This document shows, piece after piece, positions 28,670-38,310 of a DNA stretch of 64,000 bases. The notes below the pieces were generated by a model, which had not been told where the DNA came from, did no database searches, and saw only the letters and a list, made by a program, of their open reading frames with translations. The stretch comes from Pirellulales bacterium. GTDB lineage: Bacteria; Planctomycetota; Planctomycetia; Pirellulales; JAICIG01. The DNA lies in contig JBBDYJ010000001.1 in assembly GCA_040901675.1 (NCBI GenBank), positions 107,618 to 171,617 of the forward strand. The letters are read 5' to 3'. The stretch's first letter is position 1. Each line of letters starts with the position of its first letter. The position numbers and the translations under genes are program-made.

Positions 28670-28991
28670 GAGCTTTCTCCAGAATGCGGTTCACGGCCTG
28701 GCACAACTCGGTCCAGGATCGCAGCTTTCCCTTGAGCGCCGCTCGCCCCTTCTCCGTGATGTGGTAATAACGCCGCTTGCGTCCGGTCTCTTTCTCCTCC
28801 CACTGGCCGACGATCAACCCGTCGGCCTGCATCTTGTGCAGACTCGGATACAACGAGCCCTCGCGCCAGGTGAACGCCCCGTCGGTATCCCGATGCACGG
28901 TCGCGGCAATCTCGTAGCCGTACATCGATTTCCGGCTGAGCAGCGACAAGATCAGCAGCGAAAGCGTGCCTTTGAGCAGCTCAGTGTCCAT
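28656..28991 (-). CDS. PadR family transcriptional regulator
   Basis: LLKGTL.LLILSLL, MYGYEI, EGSLYPSL, RRYYHITEKG. Confidence 0.95.
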   Translation of the reverse strand: MDTELLKGTLSLLILSLLSRKSMYGYEIAATVHRDTDGAFTWREGSLYPSLHKMQADGLIVGQWEEKETGRKRRYYHITEKGRAALKGKLRSWTELCQAVNRILEKAHGPT

Positions 28992-29086
28992 GACCGGCCA
29001 AAAGCAAAGGAGTTCGATACATAGGACTCCTTTGTTTTATCGTACACAATCCCTTGTTGTCAAGAAGAATCCACAATGCCCAAGAT

Positions 29087-29395
29087 TTAGCGCTGGCGGG
29101 CCATGCTGCTCAAGGCGCGGCCGGCAGGCCTGCGACCGCGGGCCAGGGCGCGGGCGGCTGCACGGCCGACGGCACGGGCCATGAATCCGGCGGCGACCAC
29201 CGCCAACGCCGTCCCGGCAATGACGGCGAATGAACCGATGGCCAACAAGAGATAGAGCACCATCGCCAGCAGGCAGGCCAGCGTCGCCAGCACGTGGATC
29301 GGATACGTCATGGCGACCCAGATCGCCGTGGCGGCGGTGAGCGTCAGCGCGAACAGCGCAGAAAGCCGAAATTGAAATGGCCGCCTCGGGCGCAT
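29087..29395 (-). CDS. Small membrane protein with RPFQFRL N-terminal motif
   Basis: Motif followed by TMs; AGGAG RBS. Confidence 0.65.
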   Translation of the reverse strand: MRPRRPFQFRLSALFALTLTAATAIWVAMTYPIHVLATLACLLAMVLYLLLAIGSFAVIAGTALAVVAAGFMARAVGRAAARALARGRRPAGRALSSMARQR

Positions 29396-29551
29396 GGCGT
29401 CGCTCCTGGCCGCTTTTTACTGTATCGGCCCGGTACAGCAACCCGCAATCCACGTGCCCGGCGGCGGGCACGAAGATCTGGCCTGCGGGCCGGGGCATCA
29501 ACCCGTCTGCCAGGGGCGGTCGGCGCCCCCTTTCGGCCGGCGAACTCGCGC

Positions 29552-29580
29552 TTGACCGTTGTTTCCGGACTCGATAGAAT
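29552..29580 (+). promoter_or_regulatory. Sigma70 promoter upstream of ispE-spoVG
   Basis: TTGACC, 17-bp spacer, TAGAAT. Confidence 0.7.
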
Positions 29581-29759
29581 CCCGAATGGATCAACAGGAA
29601 GTTGGCAGCTTGCAGTTCTGTTCCGTCGATTCCGGCAAATAGCGTGTGTCGCCACCGGCGCGGCCGGCAAACCGCGTTCCAAGCGGCCCGCGAGCTGGCG
29701 TGGAGAAAGAGGCCACGCCCGCAGTTTGCTTTCGTGGGGCAAGAGCAGGAACGCGTAGG

Positions 29760-30662
29760 ATGCACGTTCGCTCGTCCGCGGCAGGACTCGAAGTCCTGGC
29801 GCCGGCTAAGTTGAATCTGTTCTTGGAGGTGCTCGGCAAGCGCGGCGATGGTTTCCATGAGATTGAAACCCTCATGTACCCCATCGGCTTGTACGACAGC
29901 TTGCACTTCCAGGCAGATCCGTCGGGCCAGGTCCGGCTGGCGTGCCACGCGGCCAGCCCGGCCGACGCTCAGGCCGCCGAAGACCGGCTGCCCCAAGGTC
30001 CCGATAACCTCGCCTGGCGGGCCGCCGACTTGTTGCGCCGACGGGCGGGCGTGGCGCCAGGCGCTCGACTGCGGCTGGTAAAGCGGATCCCGCTGGCCGC
30101 CGGCTTGGCCGGCGGATCCAGCGACGCGGCCGCGGCCCTGGTGGCCGGAAACCACGTCTGGCAACTCGGCTGGACTCGCCAACAGCTCAGCCAGTTGGCG
30201 GCCGAACTGGGCAGCGACGTGCCCTTCTTTCTCGGCCATGGCCCGGCCGTATGCGGCGGCCGTGGCGAGCGGATCGCACCGGCCCCCGGCCTGGGATCGC
30301 ACTGGTTCGTGGTGGCACACCCGCCCGAGGGCCTCTCGACCGCCGAGGTGTACCGCCGTTGCCTGCCGGCCGAGCGGCCGCGCCAGCTCAAGCCGTTGGC
30401 CGATGCGCTGGCCCGCGGCTGGTTGGCCCGGGCGGGAAGCCTGTTTTACAACGCCCTGCAGCCGGCCGCCGAAATGTTGTCGCCATGGATCGGCCGCTTG
30501 AAGCAGGAGTTCGCCAGGTGGGATTTCGTCGGCCATGCCATGACGGGCAGCGGAACTGGTTATTTCGGCCTCTGCCGGCATGCGCGCCACGCCCGGCGGC
30601 TGGCGGCACATTTGCGTTCAAGGGGCGTAGGCCGTGTCTACGCCGTTTGCGGTAGTTGTTGA
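29760..30662 (+). CDS. ispE: 4-diphosphocytidyl-2-C-methyl-D-erythritol kinase
   Basis: APAKLNLFLEVLGKRGDGFHEIET, KRIPLAAGLAGGSSDAA, LGSDVPFF, MTGSG. Confidence 0.96.
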   Translation: MHVRSSAAGLEVLAPAKLNLFLEVLGKRGDGFHEIETLMYPIGLYDSLHFQADPSGQVRLACHAASPADAQAAEDRLPQGPDNLAWRAADLLRRRAGVAPGARLRLVKRIPLAAGLAGGSSDAAAALVAGNHVWQLGWTRQQLSQLAAELGSDVPFFLGHGPAVCGGRGERIAPAPGLGSHWFVVAHPPEGLSTAEVYRRCLPAERPRQLKPLADALARGWLARAGSLFYNALQPAAEMLSPWIGRLKQEFARWDFVGHAMTGSGTGYFGLCRHARHARRLAAHLRSRGVGRVYAVCGSC

Positions 30663-30684
30663 ACATCTTTGAAGGAGAGCAGCC

Positions 30685-31308
30685 GTGCAGATCACCGAGG
30701 TTCGCATCAAGCTCATGGAAGACGCCGGTGAACGGCTTCAAGGGTTCTGTTCGATCACCTTTGACGACTGTTTTGTCGTGCGGGACCTGAAGATCATCGA
30801 AGGCACCAGCGGGCCCTTTGTGGCCATGCCCAGCCGCAAGCTGACCTCGCATTGCCCGCAGTGCGGATCGAAGAACCACCTGCGGGCAGGCTACTGCAAC
30901 CAGTGCGGGCAGCGGCTCAAAGAGGACCGCGGCCCGGCAACCGAGGAGGGGCGTGCCAAGCTCTATGCGGACATCGCCCATCCGATCAATTCGGGTTGCC
31001 GCGAAATGATCCAGGATCGGGTAATCCAGGCCTTCCGCGACGAGGTCGAGCGGTCGAAGCTGCCCGGCTACGTCTCCAGCTACGACGATTTCGACGACGA
31101 GGCCGTACACGCGCCCTCGCACGAGCGGGGTCCGCACCGGCGCAGCGAGCGGCCTCCGGCTCCCGCACCGGCAGTTGCGGTCGCCGACCGGCCTACGCCG
31201 GAAAGGAACAAGGTCCAGCCGCCCGAACAGGAGCCGCGTGGTCCGCACAAGCTGCGAGAGCGTCAGACAGCGCCTCAAGGCAGCAGCTTCGGGGCCGGCA
31301 TTTGGTAA
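30685..31308 (+). CDS. spoVG: SpoVG family nucleic-acid-binding protein with zinc-ribbon insertion
   Basis: ITEVRIKL...[21 protein letters not shown]...[13 protein letters not shown]...CNQC insertion. Confidence 0.92.
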   Translation: MQITEVRIKLMEDAGERLQGFCSITFDDCFVVRDLKIIEGTSGPFVAMPSRKLTSHCPQCGSKNHLRAGYCNQCGQRLKEDRGPATEEGRAKLYADIAHPINSGCREMIQDRVIQAFRDEVERSKLPGYVSSYDDFDDEAVHAPSHERGPHRRSERPPAPAPAVAVADRPTPERNKVQPPEQEPRGPHKLRERQTAPQGSSFGAGIW

Positions 31309-31361
31309 AGGGCCACGTCAAGAGGCAGAAGTTAAAAGGAGGGGCACGACGGGGGCCTGGA

Positions 31362-31605
31362 GGCAAAGCGTCAGCGTGCCCCAGCAAGGCATTTTGGTGA
31401 ACAGGTACCGGCGTGGCGCGCGGCCGAAACCCAGTGGGGAGTAGGCCGCGCCGCCGGCACTACCGAAGGCAGAAGGAGGCATCGACAAGGCGACACGGGG
31501 ATAAGGCGACGCGGGGGGATGCGAACGAAGAACTGGGGCACGCTACGACTCGACTGAGCTCGCGACTCGACTGAGCTCGCCGAAGTCCGAAGTCCGCTTT
31601 GCCCC
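31362..31605. repeat. Inverted pair of family-A REPs between convergent spoVG and purQ; right copy carries a nested 2x24-bp insertion
   Basis: + copy 31362-31384; - copy 31532-31546 and 31595-31605, interrupted by 31547-31594. Confidence 0.85.
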
Positions 31606-31696
31606 AGGCACCCGGCGAGAGATCTTCTTCGTCCCTCGTCTTTGTGTTCCTAGTGCTCTTTGTGGTTTCCTCGTCTTCGTCGCCGTCGCGCGTGCA

Positions 31697-32506
31697 TCAG
31701 GCAAAGTAACGCACCGCGTTGCGGAAGACTGCCAGGCCGGCCCCTTCGGCCGGCATGGGGCCGCGGGTCCAGCGCGGGTGCTGCGTGGGGTCGACGTGAC
31801 GCTCGGGATGCGGCATCAGGCCGCAGACGCGGCCGGTCGCGTCGCAGATGGCGGCCACGTCGCGCTGCGAGCCATTGGGGTTGGCCGGGTAGGGCGCGGG
31901 GCCGTTCGCCGCTTCGGCCACGTAGCGCAGGGCCAGCCGGCCCTCGGCCTCCAATGCCGACAACACCTGCTCGTCGCGGGCCACGAATTTGCCCTCGGCA
32001 TGCGCCACCGGCAGGTACATCGCGTCGATCCCGGCAAAAAACACGCACCGCCCCCCCTCCACCTTCAGCCGCACCCAACGGTCCTCGAACTTCCCCGAAT
32101 CGTTCCAGGTGAGCGTGGCCGCGGGAGCGCACACCGATCGATCGGCCGGCAGGCCTCGGGCACTCTCGCAGGGCTCGTCGAGCAGAATCCCCGACTTGAT
32201 CAGGATTTGAAAGCCGTTGCAGATACCCAGGATCAGCTTGCCGTCCGACTTGAACTGGCCAAGACAGTCGGCCAGGTGGTGCCGGATCTGGTTGCCCAGA
32301 ATGCGGCCGGCGGCCAGGTCGTCGCCATAGCTGAAACCGCCCGGCAGGCAGAGAATCTGGTACTCGGCCATCCGCCGCGGCCTTTCCAGCACCGCCTGGA
32401 TGTGCAGCCGCTCGGCCGCGGCGCCCGCCCGCTCGAAGGCAAAGGCCGTCTCCAGGTCGCAATTCGTGCCCGGCGCCCGCAGGATCAAAACGCGTGGTTG
32501 GCTCAT
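31697..32506 (-). CDS. purQ: FGAM synthase glutaminase subunit
   Basis: APGTNCD, PGGFSYGD, GICNGFQ, AHAEG, NPNGS, MPHPER. Confidence 0.96.
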   Translation of the reverse strand: MSQPRVLILRAPGTNCDLETAFAFERAGAAAERLHIQAVLERPRRMAEYQILCLPGGFSYGDDLAAGRILGNQIRHHLADCLGQFKSDGKLILGICNGFQILIKSGILLDEPCESARGLPADRSVCAPAATLTWNDSGKFEDRWVRLKVEGGRCVFFAGIDAMYLPVAHAEGKFVARDEQVLSALEAEGRLALRYVAEAANGPAPYPANPNGSQRDVAAICDATGRVCGLMPHPERHVDPTQHPRWTRGPMPAEGAGLAVFRNAVRYFA

Positions 32507-32552
32507 GAATACAACAGCACCCCGTGTGTGTTTCTCGCGGGCGATTTACCCC

Positions 32553-35519
32553 TTACCAGGCCAGCGGCCGCTGCCAGGCCTGCTTCAAAGTGTCGATGCC
32601 GGCCGAGATGACCGCCCGCTCACCATCGAACACCTCCATTCTACCGCCCTCGACTACCCGCCCGATCCTCGCGAACGGCACCTCTCCCAAGGCGGCCTCG
32701 AATGCCTTCGCCGACTCCGGCCGAACTTCGCACAGGAAACGGCTGTTCGACTCGCTGAACAAAAGCACCACGCTGCCCGGTTGCTCGTGGCCGGGCACCG
32801 GCGCTGCGGCCGAGCTGGATCGAAAGCGCTCCAGCTCGATCCTTACACCGAGTCCGCCGGCAAAGGCCATTTCCGCGGCCGCGACGGCCAGGCCGCCTTC
32901 GCTCATGTCGTGACAGGCGCGGACCAGACCGCGGTCGATCGCCTGGTGCAGCGACTCAAACGTCCGCCGCGCCGACGGGGCATCGACCTTGGGCACTTCA
33001 CCCCCCGCGAGCGATTCGACCAAAGCGAAGTGCGACCCGCCCATCTCGTCGTTCGTGCGTCCCACCTGGTACACGAGGTTGCCGGGCTCCTTCAGGTCCA
33101 TGGTCACGGCGCGGCCGACGTCGGGCATCTGTCCCAGCGCGCTGATCAAAAGCGAAGGCGGGATGGAAATCGAAACCGGGCTGCCGTCCGGGGCCGTGTA
33201 GCGGAATTCGTTGTTCAGGCTGTCCTTGCCGCTGATGAAAGGCGTCCCCAGCGCGACAGCCACGTCGTGGCAGGCCAAGGCGGCGCGGACCAGCGAACCG
33301 AGCGTCTCGCTCTTGTCGGTGTCGCCCCAGCAGAAGTTGTCGAGGATGGCGATCCGGCCGGGGTCGGCCCCCACCGAGACGCAGTTGCGGACCGCCTCGT
33401 CGATGGCGCTGGCGGCCATGTGATACGTGTCCAGCTCGCCGTAGCGGGGGTTCATTCCCACGGCCAGCACGATGCCCCGCCGCGAGCCGAGCACGGGCCG
33501 CAGCACCGCCGCGTCGCTGGGGCCGTCGTTGGCGGCGCCCACCAGCGGCTTCACCACGCTGCCCCCCTGCACCTCGTGATCGTACTGGCGGATCACCCAT
33601 TCCTTGCTTGCCACGTTCAACGAGCCCAGGATCGCCAGCAGCGCCGGCGTGTAATCGCTGCGTGCGGACGGCGGCGAAAGCGGGCCGGCCGGAGCGGGCG
33701 CGTAAACGGCCTCGCGCACCACGCGGGGGCGGCCCTGGTGCAGAAACTCCATCGAAAGGTCGGCGACCTGCCGGCCCTGGTACTTCAGCTCCAGCCGCCC
33801 GGTCGGCACGAAGCGGCCGATCGCGGTGGCTTCGACGCCTTCGGCGGCGCACAGGGCGGCAAACTCGTCCCAGCTTTCGGGCGGCACCGCCAGCACCATC
33901 CGCTCCTGGGCTTCCGAGATCCATATCTCGGTGTACGAGAGGCCTTCGTACTTCAGGGGCACGCGGTCGAGCCAGACTTCCGCGCCGATCTCTTCGGCCA
34001 TTTCGCCCACGGCGCTGGAGAAGCCGCCGGCGCCGCAGTCGGTGATGGCGTGAAACAATCCCCGGTCGCGGGCCGCCAGGATCACGTCGAGCAGCATCTT
34101 CTCGGTGATGGCGTTGCCGATTTGCACCGCGCCGCCGGAGATCTGTTCGCTTTCGCTGGTCAATTCGGCCGAGCTGAACGTGGCTCCATGAATGCCGTCG
34201 CGGCCCGTGCGGCCGCCCACGGTCACGATGTGGTCGCCGGGCTTGGGCTCCTTGTGCGTGCGGTCGCGGGGCAGCAGGCCGGCGGTGCCGCAGTAGACGA
34301 GCGGATTGCCCAGGTACCGCGGATCGAAATAGATCGCGCCGTTCACGGTGGGGATGCCCATGCGGTTGCCGTAGTCGCGCACTCCCGCCACCACCCCCTT
34401 CATGACCCGCTTGGGGTGCAGCACGCCGGGCGGCAAGCCCTCGGCCGGCGTGTCGGGCGGTGCAAAGCAGAAGACGTCGGTATTGGCGACCGGCCGCGCG
34501 CCGAGCCCGGTGCCCAGCGGATCGCGGATCACGCCGCCGACGCCGGTGTTGGCGCCGCCATAGGGCTCCAGGGCGGAGGGATGGTTGTGCGTTTCGACCT
34601 TGAACACCACGTGGTGCCCCTCGTCGAACCGCACGACGCCCGCATTGTCGCGGAACACGCTCACGCACCAATCGTCTTTGCCCAAGCGGCGGCGGATTTG
34701 CTCGGTGGCGGCGAAGATCGTCTCCTTGAGCATGTTCTCGAACCGCCGCTCGCCCGATTCGTCCCGGTAATGGATCCGGCCCGCCAGCGTCTTGTGGCTG
34801 CAGTGTTCGCTCCAGGTCTGGGCGATCGTTTCCAGCTCGGCGTCGGTCGGATCGCGGCCCAGCCCGCGGTAATAATCGCGGATCGCCTGCATCTCGTGCA
34901 GCTTGAGATACAGTTGCCCCTCGCGGCTGAGCCGCGCGAGCCCCGCATCGTCCAGCTCGCGCAAAGCGACGTGCTGGAGCTGAAAATCGTAACTGGACCC
35001 CACCTCCAGCCGCTCCAACGCCAGCGGGCCGACCACCGCCTGCTCGATGGCCTCGTTGGAGAGCACCTTGGAACAGAGCGTTTCCAGCATCCGCTGGGCG
35101 TCGCGCTTGTCGTGCGGCAGGTTGCCGAGCCAGTATTTGCGGAACGTGCGGACCGCCTCGGCGGTGAGGCCGAAATCGGCCACGGCGGCCAGCGCGCTCT
35201 GGGCCACCGGGTCCATGACGCCCGGCCTGGGCAGCACGTGGACCACGATCGGCTCGGCGCCCGCGGCGGCCGGCGGGCTGGCCAGCACCGCCTCGCCGCA
35301 CTGGCCCACCACGGTCCGCTCGACCACCGGGTCGGAGAACAACTCGCACGCCAATCGCTCGACCTGGCGCCGATCCAGATCCCCCTGGACCAGGTATCCG
35401 TGGGCGGCCGTCACTTCGAGTTGGCTTGCCAGGCCCAAGTCGGCCGCCTCGCCGGCGACTCGGGCCGCCGCCATGTCGGGCTGGCCGGGCGCCGGATAGA
35501 TGTCAACTTGCCAGAGCAT
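32553..35519 (-). CDS. purL: FGAM synthase synthetase subunit with N-terminal PurS-like extension
   Basis: [56 protein letters not shown]. Confidence 0.96.
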   Translation of the reverse strand: MLWQVDIYPAPGQPDMAAARVAGEAADLGLASQLEVTAAHGYLVQGDLDRRQVERLACELFSDPVVERTVVGQCGEAVLASPPAAAGAEPIVVHVLPRPGVMDPVAQSALAAVADFGLTAEAVRTFRKYWLGNLPHDKRDAQRMLETLCSKVLSNEAIEQAVVGPLALERLEVGSSYDFQLQHVALRELDDAGLARLSREGQLYLKLHEMQAIRDYYRGLGRDPTDAELETIAQTWSEHCSHKTLAGRIHYRDESGERRFENMLKETIFAATEQIRRRLGKDDWCVSVFRDNAGVVRFDEGHHVVFKVETHNHPSALEPYGGANTGVGGVIRDPLGTGLGARPVANTDVFCFAPPDTPAEGLPPGVLHPKRVMKGVVAGVRDYGNRMGIPTVNGAIYFDPRYLGNPLVYCGTAGLLPRDRTHKEPKPGDHIVTVGGRTGRDGIHGATFSSAELTSESEQISGGAVQIGNAITEKMLLDVILAARDRGLFHAITDCGAGGFSSAVGEMAEEIGAEVWLDRVPLKYEGLSYTEIWISEAQERMVLAVPPESWDEFAALCAAEGVEATAIGRFVPTGRLELKYQGRQVADLSMEFLHQGRPRVVREAVYAPAPAGPLSPPSARSDYTPALLAILGSLNVASKEWVIRQYDHEVQGGSVVKPLVGAANDGPSDAAVLRPVLGSRRGIVLAVGMNPRYGELDTYHMAASAIDEAVRNCVSVGADPGRIAILDNFCWGDTDKSETLGSLVRAALACHDVAVALGTPFISGKDSLNNEFRYTAPDGSPVSISIPPSLLISALGQMPDVGRAVTMDLKEPGNLVYQVGRTNDEMGGSHFALVESLAGGEVPKVDAPSARRTFESLHQAIDRGLVRACHDMSEGGLAVAAAEMAFAGGLGVRIELERFRSSSAAAPVPGHEQPGSVVLLFSESNSRFLCEVRPESAKAFEAALGEVPFARIGRVVEGGRMEVFDGERAVISAGIDTLKQAWQRPLAW

Positions 35520-36348
35520 CTCGCTTTTGCTTTCCCTCCTGGAGAATTGCCGTCAGCTTCTTCTTGTTCCCCTGCTCCAGACAGCGGCGCAGCGAGTCCA
35601 GCACCTTTTCATACCGCGCCAAGGCCGTCAAGACGTTGGCCCGGTTGCTCATGAAAATCTGCTGCCAGAGCTCCGGATCGCCGGCCGCCACGCGGGTAGT
35701 GTCGACCCAGCCGCTGGCCGTCAGCCCCAGATCGCCTTGCGGCGTCGAGGCCGCCAGGGCCGAGGCGGCCAGGTGCGGTAGGTGGCTGGTGGCGGCCAAG
35801 GCGCGGTCGTGGGCCTCGGGCGACATGCGGATCACGCGGGCGCCCAACGCGGTCCAAAACGCGTCGAGCGAGGCGAGGTCTTCCTCGCGGGTGGCGCGGG
35901 TCGGCGTGACGACCACGGTGCGATCGACGAACAAGTCGGCCGCGGCCGCCGCGGGGCCGCTCTTTTCGCTGCCGGCCAAGGGGTGGCTGCCCACGAAGCG
36001 GACTTCTCGCGACAAGGCGCCGTCGAGGGCGGCGACGATCTCGGCCTTGGTGCTGCCCACGTCGGTGATCAAGGCGCCCGGCCGGCAGACCTCGGCCGAG
36101 GCACGGGCGTCGGCGGCGATCCGTGCCACCGGCGTGCAGACGACGACCAGCTCGGCGCCGTTGACGCCCCGGGCCAGATCGAGCGTGCCCTTGGTGACCG
36201 CGCCCATCCGTTTGGCCACGCGCAAGCTGGCCTCTCGGCGAGCAATTCCCACCACCTGGCGTGCCAGGCCGCGGTCGCGCAGTCCCAGTCCGATCGACCC
36301 GCCGATCAGGCCGACCCCCACGATGGCCACGCTGTCCCACTGCTTCAT
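35503..36348 (-). CDS. tyrA: Prephenate/arogenate dehydrogenase
   Basis: [42 protein letters not shown]. Confidence 0.93.
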   Translation of the reverse strand: MKQWDSVAIVGVGLIGGSIGLGLRDRGLARQVVGIARREASLRVAKRMGAVTKGTLDLARGVNGAELVVVCTPVARIAADARASAEVCRPGALITDVGSTKAEIVAALDGALSREVRFVGSHPLAGSEKSGPAAAAADLFVDRTVVVTPTRATREEDLASLDAFWTALGARVIRMSPEAHDRALAATSHLPHLAASALAASTPQGDLGLTASGWVDTTRVAAGDPELWQQIFMSNRANVLTALARYEKVLDSLRRCLEQGNKKKLTAILQEGKQKRDALAS

Positions 36349-36384
36349 CGAGATCGCGCCGGTTGCAAGTGCGGGTGAACCTGG

Positions 36385-36393
36385 ATTGTAGCA
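36385..36393 (-). promoter_or_regulatory. Extended -10 (TGCTACAAT) upstream of tyrA-purL-purQ
   Basis: TGn-TACAAT about 36 nt upstream of the tyrA ATG. Confidence 0.5.
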
Positions 36394-36436
36394 TGGTGCG
36401 GGCCGAGTTTCACCCGGCCGTGCCGGCGGGTGTGTC

Positions 36437-36721
36437 CTAACAATGAGTTGCTGGGGAAATAGCGGCGACCTCGCCGAAACGCCATCGGGGCTTTGCGCAA
36501 CCCTCCTTTGTCTGCGGCGCCTTGTACGGGTTCTCGCCCTGGCGGTCATCGGGATGGTCGGGTGGGGTCATGGGGGTGCAGTACGGACGTTCGGGCTCCT
36601 GGCGCGGAGGCGTGCCATAGATAGAAAGCCCGATTCCGCAAAGAACCACAAGGCCCAGCATGGCCGCCGCCGCGGTCAGCCAGAACAACGTCCGCAGGCG
36701 GAATTGGAAGGGGCGGGCCAT
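36437..36721 (-). CDS. Small membrane protein with RPFQFRL motif
   Basis: MARPFQFRLRTLFWLT, TM, later 'NPYKAP' motif; TAAGCT 7 nt before ATG. Confidence 0.6.
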   Translation of the reverse strand: MARPFQFRLRTLFWLTAAAAMLGLVVLCGIGLSIYGTPPRQEPERPYCTPMTPPDHPDDRQGENPYKAPQTKEGCAKPRWRFGEVAAISPATHC

Positions 36722-37072
36722 GGGGTTCAGCTTAGCGGGCGCCGGGGTGGCAGGAAAGAAAATCAGCCACCGAGGGGCAGGCCCCGGTGGCTGCTGTGCC
36801 ATTGGCACCCATTCCATGCCTTGCCGCGATGCCACGCTGCCCGCACCGCTTTCCGGCCCCTGTCGGCCGCGCCATCATGCCGGTGGGCCGTGGTCAGCCC
36901 GCAAATGGGGTTTGACCGGCATCCTCAAACTTTTGGGGCGGTCTTCAACCTCAGCTTCTCGGATCGCCGAAAGTTGCGCAGAATGCCAGGCTTGACTGCG
37001 GGATTCTGAATTGGTACATGAACGAGTAGCCGATGTAGTCACCCAACACTAAAAAAGATCCGTGTCGACGCC

Positions 37073-38296
37073 ATGAACACCTCTCTCCATGCTGTGCGCC
37101 GGTCGTTACTTTCGTTCGTCGTGGCCGCCAGCACTCTTAGCACTGCGCGGGGAGATGAGCCGCCGGCCCTGGGAACGACCCTTGTACCAAGCGGCCCTCC
37201 GCTACGCGCGCAGACGAAAGTGGTGGTAGACAACACGCGCAAGGCGGCTAAAGGACTCACCGAGACTTTCACGGTTCTCAGCGACCTTGCGGGGACTTTA
37301 AGGCTTCAGCGCCGATTGAAAGAAATGAAGCCTGAAATCGAGGCGAAGATGCCGAAGTCAGGTGGCGTATTAGTTATTGCCTACATTGACGAGACACGTA
37401 TTGGGGAAGGCACGATGCGATCACTGCGGTCAGTGCGCATTGAGGGCGCTTACGCGTCAGAGAGCGAAGCCAAGGCTGACTTAGCAAGACCTAAGCTCAC
37501 TGCACCGACAGGCCCGCCCGCACAAAGAATCACAGAGCCAAACCCATTTATCACAACTACTCCTCGCTATTTTTGGTTTCGATCCCCAGTTTCCATACCA
37601 TCACTTGCCAAACCGAAGGATCTGACCGACGCCGAATCAAAAACAAAACAGCTCTTATCGACGGCAACTCAGCTCTACCAGAGCGAGACTGCACGTCTCG
37701 ATGCTGAATGGGAAGCCATTGATGCCGAAAACAACAAGTTGAATGACCTGCGTGTCAAACACGGCGGCAAAACCAGCACACCTGACGAAGTTGCAGAACG
37801 AGGACAACAAGAGTTAGCGAGGTGGCAAGCATACGAACGCCATGCCATCGAGGCAGAAAGAGCTGCAGCAAACAATACCAGACAATCCGCGGCGGCCGAA
37901 CATGCAGCAGCTGCAGCCATGGCGAACGAGCGCTGTCCAGCAGGGGTTACTTACGAGGAGTGCGAGGTACATCACGATTGGAAGGCCGCATACCGCAACC
38001 GGCTGGCAGCACATCAGTCACGAGCAGCTCAACTTGATTCGCAAGCGAATCAGCGAGCAGCGGCGGCCGACGCCCGCCAAGCAAGAGTTGATGAGAGCAA
38101 GAAGAACCGGCAGCGGGCCATACACGCGAGGATGGCGGAGGCGGAGGCGAACAAAGCCGCCATTGAGAGTTTAAGGCAGCAAGAGGAGGCATTTCGCCAG
38201 CGATTGGCCGAATTTGACGCGGAAGAGGAAGCTGTTCGCCAGTTAGAACAGACCGCTAAGCAAATCGAGTTGCAATTATCGAAGAGGTCCGGTTGA
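37073..38296 (+). CDS. Secreted hypothetical protein with long coiled coil
   Basis: Signal peptide (ARG|DE), Ala/Glu/Gln/Arg-rich C-terminal half, central C-x8-C-x2-HH; AT-richer codon usage. Confidence 0.75.
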   Translation: MNTSLHAVRRSLLSFVVAASTLSTARGDEPPALGTTLVPSGPPLRAQTKVVVDNTRKAAKGLTETFTVLSDLAGTLRLQRRLKEMKPEIEAKMPKSGGVLVIAYIDETRIGEGTMRSLRSVRIEGAYASESEAKADLARPKLTAPTGPPAQRITEPNPFITTTPRYFWFRSPVSIPSLAKPKDLTDAESKTKQLLSTATQLYQSETARLDAEWEAIDAENNKLNDLRVKHGGKTSTPDEVAERGQQELARWQAYERHAIEAERAAANNTRQSAAAEHAAAAAMANERCPAGVTYEECEVHHDWKAAYRNRLAAHQSRAAQLDSQANQRAAAADARQARVDESKKNRQRAIHARMAEAEANKAAIESLRQQEEAFRQRLAEFDAEEEAVRQLEQTAKQIELQLSKRSG

Positions 38297-38310
38297 TCAG
38301 GAGTTGTTCC

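Noticed and set aside
29665..29700. c-di-GMP-I riboswitch (GGCAAACC)
   Set aside because: Lacks the GNRA tetraloop and the GACGCAAAG/P3 elements
32400..35654. 1084-aa + strand ORF and similar long antisense ORFs (423..2384, 4712..6481, 6554..8548, 24907..27117, 53942..55600)
   Set aside because: Antisense shadows of well-supported high-GC genes; no motifs
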